This document shows, in pieces, positions 45,061 through 54,200 of a stretch of DNA of 64,000 nucleotides (its first letter is position 1; every line of letters starts with the position of its first letter). The notes below the pieces were generated by a model. The model made no database searches and was not told where the DNA came from. It saw only the letters and a program-made list of their open reading frames with translations. Source of the DNA: a virus; IMG/VR virus record IMGVR_UViG_3300032294_003343, positions 1-64,000 of that record; one strand, written 5' to 3'. The position numbers and the translations under genes were made by a program.

Positions 45061-46040
45061 AACATTTGCCTCCTTTTTCTAGATTCGACATATGATTTTA
45101 AAAATTGTGATTCTTCATCAGAAATTTCTTTAGGGATTTTATACATTATTTTGAGGTGCAAATCAGAAAATGTATCGTTTGATGTTGGGATACCTTTGTT
45201 TTTAACTATATGTACGTAGCCATTCTTTACGCTGTTGTTAAACTTGAAATTTAATTTGTTTCCATTTACATGTTGATATTTAAATTCTGGATCAATTAAG
45301 GCCATTACAGGATCAATTTCAAATTCATGAACGAGATTCAAATTAGCATCTATTTCGTATTTATCTCTTGCTTTAGTAATAACTTCTACGATAAGAGGAC
45401 CAGGAGCTTGATGAATATCCCCATGGTTTCCTCTTCCTTGAATCATTGATGATCTAAAAACGTGTCCTTTGTTTATAGTGAGATCAAAATTTTCATACAT
45501 TCTTGTAAAGCCAGAGCCATTGCAGTAATTACAGAAAGATTCAAACTTTTCACCTCTACCATAACAACTACCACAGGGGCCAGCGTAATTTCTAACGTGC
45601 ATGAAACCTAAATTTTGTATGATGTAATGTTCGCCTGATCCCATACAACTCATACAAATAGTTTTGTTTCCACTTCCACCAATTCCTGAACAAGCTCCAC
45701 AAGGTGTCAAACGTTCATAATTAAGAGTTTTAACTACATTTTTGTAAACTTCTTCTAATTCCAATTCGATAGTAACGGTGATTGGAGTGTTAAGATTTTT
45801 TCTGAATGGGTTATGTGGAGTATTTCTAAAGGGATTTGCAGGAGGCTCAAAGTGATGTTGTGGAGGTGGAGGATTTAAGATATCTTCATAAGCTTGAGAT
45901 ATTTCCTTAAATTTTTCTTCTGAGCCAGCTTCTTTGTTTACATCTGGATGGTATTGCTTAGCTAACTTTCTGTAAGCTTTTTTTGCATCGTCAACTGAAG
46001 CGTTGTGTGGCAGACCTAAAACATCATATGGGTTTGGCAT
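45057..46040 (-). CDS. dnaJ: DnaJ class A co-chaperone
   Basis: J domain with HPD, four CxxCxGxG repeats, C-terminal domains; G/F region replaced by a Pro-rich 'NPFR..NPFR' segment. Confidence 0.93.
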   Translation of the reverse strand: MPNPYDVLGLPHNASVDDAKKAYRKLAKQYHPDVNKEAGSEEKFKEISQAYEDILNPPPPQHHFEPPANPFRNTPHNPFRKNLNTPITVTIELELEEVYKNVVKTLNYERLTPCGACSGIGGSGNKTICMSCMGSGEHYIIQNLGFMHVRNYAGPCGSCYGRGEKFESFCNYCNGSGFTRMYENFDLTINKGHVFRSSMIQGRGNHGDIHQAPGPLIVEVITKARDKYEIDANLNLVHEFEIDPVMALIDPEFKYQHVNGNKLNFKFNNSVKNGYVHIVKNKGIPTSNDTFSDLHLKIMYKIPKEISDEESQFLKSYVESRKRRQML

Positions 46041-46047
46041 AAAGTCA

Positions 46048-46722
46048 TTATACTAATTTGGAAAGCATATTAGTAATTTTATTAGAAGGACACACGGCAT
46101 TTTCTCCAACGCCTATATCAGCATGTTGCCCTGTAACACCCATAATTGTGCCATAAACTAAATTGTCTGTTCCAATAACCATTCCGCCCGATGAACCTTC
46201 AAGAATGTCAGCGTCAACAAATATAATATCATTCCATGCTGGCATATTTGGGTCGTTAATTGCTTGATGTAAATTAGAAATTCTTCCCACTGTTGCTGTA
46301 TCATGAAACCCTTCAGGAGATCCTATAACTGCAACAATATCACCAACTTCAATCATATCACTATTCGCAAACTTTAAAGCTGGTATATTTGATGGTATGC
46401 TTTCTGCTTTTACTGCGCCTGAATCAATTGAAGGATCAGAAGTTATAAAAGATGCTGGAATAAAATTTTTATTATCAAAAGTAATAAGAATTTCTGTCAA
46501 TGTTTCATTTGCTGGAACAACATGTCCTGCGGTGATAATAATATTGTTTCCAATGTGAAATCCACTTCCAGACCAGTTTCTCTTTCCAGATCTCACATAT
46601 ATAGAACAAGAAGATTGAAGCCCCAATTGTATTGTTTTTTTAATTGGGTCTTCAATCTTTTCTGCGCTTTGGCTAGTCTTTATCAAACTATCCAAATAGT
46701 TTACATCTAATCTAAAATTCAT
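46048..46722 (-). CDS. Trypsin-like (S1/HtrA-type) serine protease without PDZ
   Basis: 'SGSGF', 'TAGHVV', 'DSGAVK', 'EGSSGG' catalytic triad; N-terminal 'LIKTSQ'. Confidence 0.9.
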   Translation of the reverse strand: MNFRLDVNYLDSLIKTSQSAEKIEDPIKKTIQLGLQSSCSIYVRSGKRNWSGSGFHIGNNIIITAGHVVPANETLTEILITFDNKNFIPASFITSDPSIDSGAVKAESIPSNIPALKFANSDMIEVGDIVAVIGSPEGFHDTATVGRISNLHQAINDPNMPAWNDIIFVDADILEGSSGGMVIGTDNLVYGTIMGVTGQHADIGVGENAVCPSNKITNMLSKLV

Positions 46723-47177
46723 TGTATTACTTTGTACAAAATCTCATTTTCATCAACAGTTCCAAATCTTCTGCTATCATCTGACTTTGATAAATTATCA
46801 CCAACAAGATAATAATGATTTTTTGGAACTTTTAATTCCATCATATAAGCATCGTCTATATTTTTTATTTCCAAAATAGAATGGTATGAATTATCTATAA
46901 TAAGATCATAAACACCACTTTTTTTCATCATATAATAATAATATTCTTCTGGAGTATACAATATTCTTTTAACGATAAGAGTTCTATCATCACTATAAGC
47001 AACTACAACATCACTCTTTTTGAAATTTTTTGTTCTTTTAGCTAACAAAATCTGTCCATTCTTATAAGTTGGAAACATAGATTCTCCAACTACAACGACT
47101 AATTTGTAAGGTTGTAAATAAGCCAATAACAACAAGATACAACCAATTACCAAAGAAACTATCAATCTCTTTTTCAT
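46719..47177 (-). CDS. Signal peptidase I-like (S26) protease
   Basis: N-terminal TM, 'GESMFPT' (Ser), 'IVKRI' (Lys), 'GDN...SDDSRRFG'. Confidence 0.9.
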   Translation of the reverse strand: MKKRLIVSLVIGCILLLLAYLQPYKLVVVVGESMFPTYKNGQILLAKRTKNFKKSDVVVAYSDDRTLIVKRILYTPEEYYYYMMKKSGVYDLIIDNSYHSILEIKNIDDAYMMELKVPKNHYYLVGDNLSKSDDSRRFGTVDENEILYKVIQ

Positions 47178-47239
47178 GCTTCACCTCTTGTAATAAAAGG
47201 AGCTGAAGACATTTCTTTTTTTTAGCTTTTTGCTCGTAG

Positions 47240-48202
47240 TTAAGATTTTTTAACAGTGATAGTTGACCAATCAATATTTGCAAGTTTAGGAACACCAGGA
47301 CCCCAATTTTGTTCTTCTCCAGGTTGAACATTTACATTTTGTAAACTTGAAATATTTCTCAATGCAATTATCATATCTTCTTGACAAAATTGATTTCCAA
47401 ATTCTGGAAGAAGATTCTGATTTTTCAATGCAGCTTTTATCAATGCGCAAATACCAGCAACAAATGGAGCTGCTTGACTTGTGCCTGACATTTTACAGTA
47501 GTTATTATTCAAGTGAGTTGAATAAATATTAGTGCCTGGAGCAACAATGTCCACTGTAAAATCCCTTGAAGTGAAAGTGGCTAAACTTCCATTTTCATCC
47601 AATGCAGCAACAGCAATAACTTCATCGTATCTTGCTGGATAATTCACTGCGTGTGAGTCGTTTCCGGCAGCTGCAATAACTACAATTCCTTTGGAAACTG
47701 CTTCTTTAATTAAATCGTGAATAAATGATGGTGGTGCAGATGGTGCTCCTAATGACATATTGATAATGTCAACATCCAAATCAATTGCTTTTCTTAAACC
47801 TGCAGCAATTGTGTCATAGCTTCCGCCACCACTATTGTCAAGAACTCTAATACAATAACATTTTGCTTTTGGTGCAACACCAACAACACCAAAGTCATTA
47901 TCAGAACCAGCAATAATTCCAGCTACGTGAACACCATGACCACTACCTGCGTCATTAACACTTGCTTCGCTTGTGCAGTTTACAGCTTCATCTGCCTTCC
48001 AAGCTTCAGCTAAATCTGCGTGTTCTGAAAATCCAGTATCAAGAATTGCAACTTTGATACCTTCACCTTGTTTAGAAACTTCCCAAACATCTTGAATGTT
48101 TGCAATAGCCATACCCCAGTTTTGAGTCTGCGATAATGCTGCAAACGGAACCGATACAACTTTTAAGTCTTCTTCAGGAATAAATTGAATTTTATCTTGC
48201 AT
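47240..48202 (-). CDS. Subtilisin (S8) serine protease, intracellular type
   Basis: 'ILDTG', 'GHGVHVAG', 'AAAGN', 'SGTSQAAP'; no signal peptide or long prodomain; GAGGTG SD before ATG 48202. Confidence 0.95.
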   Translation of the reverse strand: MQDKIQFIPEEDLKVVSVPFAALSQTQNWGMAIANIQDVWEVSKQGEGIKVAILDTGFSEHADLAEAWKADEAVNCTSEASVNDAGSGHGVHVAGIIAGSDNDFGVVGVAPKAKCYCIRVLDNSGGGSYDTIAAGLRKAIDLDVDIINMSLGAPSAPPSFIHDLIKEAVSKGIVVIAAAGNDSHAVNYPARYDEVIAVAALDENGSLATFTSRDFTVDIVAPGTNIYSTHLNNNYCKMSGTSQAAPFVAGICALIKAALKNQNLLPEFGNQFCQEDMIIALRNISSLQNVNVQPGEEQNWGPGVPKLANIDWSTITVKKS

Positions 48203-48254
48203 TTTTTCACCTCGATACAAGTATATTATTCTTTATATAATTTTCCTAATTCCT

Positions 48255-51200
48255 TTACACAATATAAAGAACTTGACTTTCTATTGGTGTTCCGTAAGTG
48301 GTTCCATCATAAGGTTTGACAATAAATGAAATTGCCATATTTCTTAAAACCACAGCAGAATTTAATAAACTTCCTTCAGCTATTTTGTTTGACACTCCAT
48401 TAGTCCATTCAAACCATTCAATAGTAGATAAATCTGAAGAACCATTGAAATTATAGTATGCCTGAAGAACACTATTTGCTGAAATTTTATTATCAACTAT
48501 AGTGTTTATGGATTTTATCTGAACGTCATAAACATAAGGTGCAGATAAATTCTTGACAATTATTGGTTGTGAAGTGTAGGTAATTCCATAGTCAAAATTA
48601 TCATTAGGTTCTAGAGTCACATAAACTTGATCATTGACATTAAAATATCCATTAGCAGCACTTAAATCTGCTTTTCTTTGGACTAATCTATCCCTGTAGT
48701 TAGGTGTAGAATCTAATTCTATGGTAGTTGTTCCACCACCAGATGTTCTTATTCTATACCATCTTGTTCTTGGTTTATATTGTTGATTATCAGAAATATA
48801 ATTATAATCAACATACATTCTTGAAGCACTGGCAAGTTGTTTTGTAGATCCAACAGAAGAATATGAAACATCTGAATTAAGAACCAAACTTCCAGCTTTC
48901 AATGATGGAATATTGGTATTTAAGTAATGTGAATAAACATTTGAATTTGGCACTGTATTGTGAGTAAATTCAAAATTGTAAGTTGTTGATGCAGTAGAAG
49001 AATATGTTTCTACTTTTAATCCCAATCTATATGTTGAATTTTGAAGAATGAATACAGTAATGATATCGGTTGCAGATTTATTAGTATCAAATATAATTCT
49101 GCCATCATATCTGTCTAATTTATATCCACCACGAACTATCTCATTGTTGACAAGTACTACAGCCTTGCTATCTTCAGGCCATCTACCATTTACAACATAA
49201 TAGTTCTTGTAATCTGTAGAAACTGTGCCTTCACCATAAGCTTCGTATCTTGAACCAGTTCTACTAATTGAAACTTGGACAACGTTTCCTGATGGTACCT
49301 CTTGTCTAAATGTAATAGTTCCATTTACATTGTCTATTGTGTAAAGATTGGTGGCAACAAGAACAGAATTTAAATAAACTTCAACAGTATCAGTAAGAAG
49401 CCAAGTAAATCTAGCATTATCATAGTAAACAAAGTAAGTAAAATTATTATTTACTGATTTGATAGAAGTCAGTTTGTCATAAAAAAGAGCATTTGTAAAT
49501 TTGTATGATCTTTGTCTTGAAGAAATTATTCCATTTTTATTTTTTATAAGCTCTTCGTAATCATTCCAATTAGTACTATTACCCTTGCAAATGCCCCAAG
49601 TTAGCTTTGCCTTATCAGTGTCAGAATAGTCTGTCGAAAGGATATATTCAAAAATATCATCTGTGGAAGTAAGGGCAGTTGTAAATAAATAATTGACAGC
49701 TGGAGTTACTTCTGTGTAATACAATTGAGAAACATAAGGAGTAACTGGAAGGCTTGTAGCGTTATTCCATCCTTCTGTCATATCAATTTGGAAACTTAAA
49801 TTTGTAATTTCCTTATTGAGAGTAGATGTAGATGTCAATGTTATCCAATCGCTGTAATTCTTTTTATCAGTGGAATATTTGTATTTGACAATGCAAGAAC
49901 TATCTACACTTTGACCTGTGGAAACTGTGTATGCTGTAGTAATTGATTTTATAAATTTGGAAGTGTTAAACTCTACAGATTTAGTCCAAGAACCAGCAAA
50001 TAATGTGTTAGATCCGCCGTGCAATAAAGCAGTGCTAATTCCTGACCAATATGAACTAGAAGCATCAAAATACAATCCATCTGTATTCTGAACTAACTGT
50101 CTTAAGCTTCCAGTGTTTGTCTTATCATCAACACCAAATGCAACTAGTTTTGTGCCACGATTATTCCAACTATAATTTGTATTATCTTCAATACTTTTTA
50201 GAGAAACTGTCGTATTATTATCAGCATCAGAAACAATAAATGTCAATGGAATATAAGAACTTGACAATATATCCATTTCTTGTTTTGTATCAATAGAACT
50301 AGTTGGTATTGCTGCTGGTTGCTGTCCAATCAAAGCATATTCAAGACAGTCATAAAGATTACTATTTTGACCATCAATCTTCAAAGAACCAATAATTGAT
50401 GTGATTGCTGTGCCTGAAGTTGTAAAACCATTTCCAGTTTCGTGTTTAATAGAAGTGCCAAAAGTCCATAAATCTACAAAAGACAACTGACCATTAGAAG
50501 GATGATTTGTTCTGCTAAGAATATTTGTAAGAAGATTATTAAAACCATTTACATACCCTGAAGACATTTGCATAGAGGCAGAATTGTCAAAAACAGTTGA
50601 AATAACAAATTTTGGTTCTAAATATAAATAACCGTCATTTTCAGCAGAAACACCTTTACCAGCACCACTATTCCAATTTACTTCGGTGTTGTCATAATTT
50701 CCAATAGGAACGATAGTTTCTGTTGGAGCATATGCATTGTCATAGTGTGCTTGGAAGAAGAAGTCATAACTTGTACTTATTCCAGACCAGCTAATAGCAT
50801 TTGAGCTTGAATATCCTAATCCTGAAAATGGATTAATTGTAGATGCTTTCTTCCACTTGAATAAAGGAACAGAGCTTGCAGTTTCTTTGATAACAAGTGC
50901 TAAAGTTGTTGATCCTGTCCCTGGAATATCTAATGTGCTTGTAAGATTGAAACTTGTAAAACCACCAACATTTACACTAGAAGATGTAATAGGACTTGAT
51001 GCAGCTAATTGAGTTTGTGGTTTTACATTAGTGTCAACAGAATAAACATAAGCAGTGAGAGTTGTATTTGCTAAACTATCATTGTAAGAAGAATTTAAAA
51101 GCCCATCTTGTTCTCTAATTGATAAGAATGCAGATACTTTTGATATTGTGCTTGCTGTTGATGATGTAGTGAAAGTTTGAGCTAAATATCCAACAGAACC

Positions 51201-54200
51201 ACTATCACTTGCAATGAATCTTATATCATTGGAAGGTTTTGATGCAAATAAAACTGGGCTATAACCTTCACTAGTATTTTCTCCAGTTCTATACCAGCAA
51301 TCACCATCATCAAGTGTGTACCAAATTCCATTATTAGTACAAGCTACTAAAACATTTTGGGTGATACTGTTGAATGTTGAAGAAAATACTTGGAGATCAT
51401 AAACACAAGTAGGAAGTGCGCCAATGTAGTCAGATCTTTCAAAAGTATTCCCTTCATCAAAAGATCTGTAAACTCCATCATTTGTACCAATGTAAATTTT
51501 GGATTTGCCTGGTGTATTTCCAACGGCAGCTTCAGTGTCTATAGCGTAAGAGAAACAATGAAGTCCTCTCAAGAATCTACTATCAACAATAAAGTCAGAA
51601 GAATTTACATCGTCAGGGTAAGAATATTTCCAATTTCTTACCTTTAAAATTCCATCATTTGTAAGGATAAACAATGGGTTTGCATATGTGGTTTTGTTTA
51701 TTGAAGAAGGAACACTGTATGCTTGGAAAGATTTGTAATACTTATTTACACCTATAGGATTACCAGCAACAAACATTTTTCTAGGGACAAGGAACGATGA
51801 GAATGATGCATATTGAGTATCATTTCCCATTACATAATAACCATCGTCTCCTGCTGCGTGTAAACTTTCGAATTCTTGTACATTGCCTAAACTATTTTTG
51901 ACATATGTACCTTTGAAAATTCCATTTACATTGTTGGTGGTGAGTTTCAAGAAATCAGATAAGAAATTGGTTGTTCCTAATTTGACACTTAATCCATCAC
52001 TTGTTGCAAATGCTTCAAATAAAGTGCCATTCCAGAAACCAGTGAGATAAGCATTTTGTCTTGCTGATGAAGTTTGTTTAGTCCAAGAACCATCATATTT
52101 CCAAAGACCATTAGAAGCACCAGCAATTACATTAAGATTAGGATCAAGAGCAATATAACCAGCATCAAAAGCACCATCTAATGTGCTTTCTAGCTCCCAA
52201 TATCCAGTATATTTCCAAACACCCTTCTCTGTTATGATTCTAGTTCCAGTGCCATCTTTTGTAAGCCCAACAATGCCCTTTACTTGTATTGGATCGCTTT
52301 CAAAATCATTTACAGTGGGGACAAGTTGAGTTCTATTCTTGAAAGATGAATTCAAACTATCAAACTTAGCATTACTTGAAAAATTATCAATTAGTAATGT
52401 ATTTTTCAAACCTCTAGTGTCTGTCTGTGAAATTAATGGTGCAGTGAAATCAAAAATAGTTGAATTTAATGATTTGATCTTTCTTGCTAATTCTTGAATA
52501 TTAGAATTATTTTCTGATGCTAAATTGTAGGTTTGGTTGGATATAGCAAGATACAAATCATCTTCTAATCCAGATACAATCTCATTCTTAATTCCATAAA
52601 CTTCAGCGCCAACATCATAAGTAGTTGTGCTGGTAAGTCTTGCTACTGATAAGGTAATTTCAATAGGATAAACAGTATTGTCAACAGATTTCACCACTGC
52701 TATCTCATACTTATTACCAGCCTTCAATTCGATCAGAGAATAATCGCTAATTCTTTGATTTACGAAGATTTTAGTATCAGTGTTAGAGTTCGCCTTCGCT
52801 AATAATGCAATAGGTGTTTTCGTCTTATATAAGGGTACATAAGTGGAAGAATGAGGCTTTGTTCCAGCATCAGATAATGTTGGGAAATCATTTACTACAG
52901 ATATCTTTACATTATCAATATCACTCTTCAATACTGATTGTGTGAAAGTAATTTTGCCTTCTGATGGGCTGGAATAAAATGGAATAGTACTAGGCTCATT
53001 GTTGATATAAGTGAAAAGTCTAGTGCTATCAGTTTGTGTGTCATTCCAAGGATCAGTGGTAAATGTATTGAAACTCTTCTCGTAGTAAACTTGATCACCA
53101 GGTACATAAGATGATCCCATAGCCACCATTTGATAAGGATAGTTTAAGGTAAAGTTGGTGATTTGATTGTAATCTTTATCAAATACTGCGAATTCTGTTT
53201 CATTTTCAGAGAATGTATCGTTAGGTCTCTTCCATCTGTAATTTAAAGAAACTGTGCTGGATACGTTTACATCTTGCCACAATAATTCAGTGCTAACAAA
53301 AATACCATTAGTTGTTCCAGCATATAACTTACCAAAATTACTACCATCATCAAAACTGTAAAGTGCATTTGCTGACCCTTGGAAAACAGGCTCCCAGAAA
53401 AGTTCACTATAGGCTACAGATGTTCCTAATGATGATTCTTGAACTCTTGCAATACCATTAGAGTGCCCAATGAAGTAATCTGTTGGGAATGTTGTTGAAT
53501 TTCTTTGAGCAACACAATTGATTACACTACTTGCGCCAGCTCCAGAAGGTGTCGAGTTTTGATAAATCTTTAGTCTTTGAACTTCCCAAACAACATCAGA
53601 AGTGCCAAAATCAAATGCATCTTCAACTACAAGATACCAAGTACTGTCGCCATTTACAGTTCCACTTGACACATATACTGTTTTCCAATTTATAAATTCA
53701 GCATTTACATCAAGTTCGGTAGATCTAGTCCAACTTCCAGAAGCTGCAATATAAATTCCATTTTCTGCTTTGTTGGTTTGATTTTTTACTAGAACAATAT
53801 TACCAGCACTAACAGCAACACCATCAATAGTTTGTGTACCAGTGAGATCTATATCTTCTGTAGTGGCGCATAAAGCATTTGAGAAAGATGTTGTTGATTG
53901 AGAGAATGGAAGAGACCAATACTTACCTGTAGCGTCTTCATAATACTTTGCTGTGTGAGTGATAAATGCCTGATAATCATTCCACCAGATAATATTATTT
54001 TTGAATGCGCCATCTTTGATCCAATAAATTCCCTTTACTGGCTCGTTAAATATTTGTGATAATTGGCTGAAATCTCCATAGTACAAACCTTTAGTGCTAG
54101 TTCCAATTGCACCAACATACAATGCTCTTTGGATTGTAATATCATCAGTCTCGCCAGCAACAAATGTAGTCTCCTGTGTTGATACTTCTTCAATTCCAGA

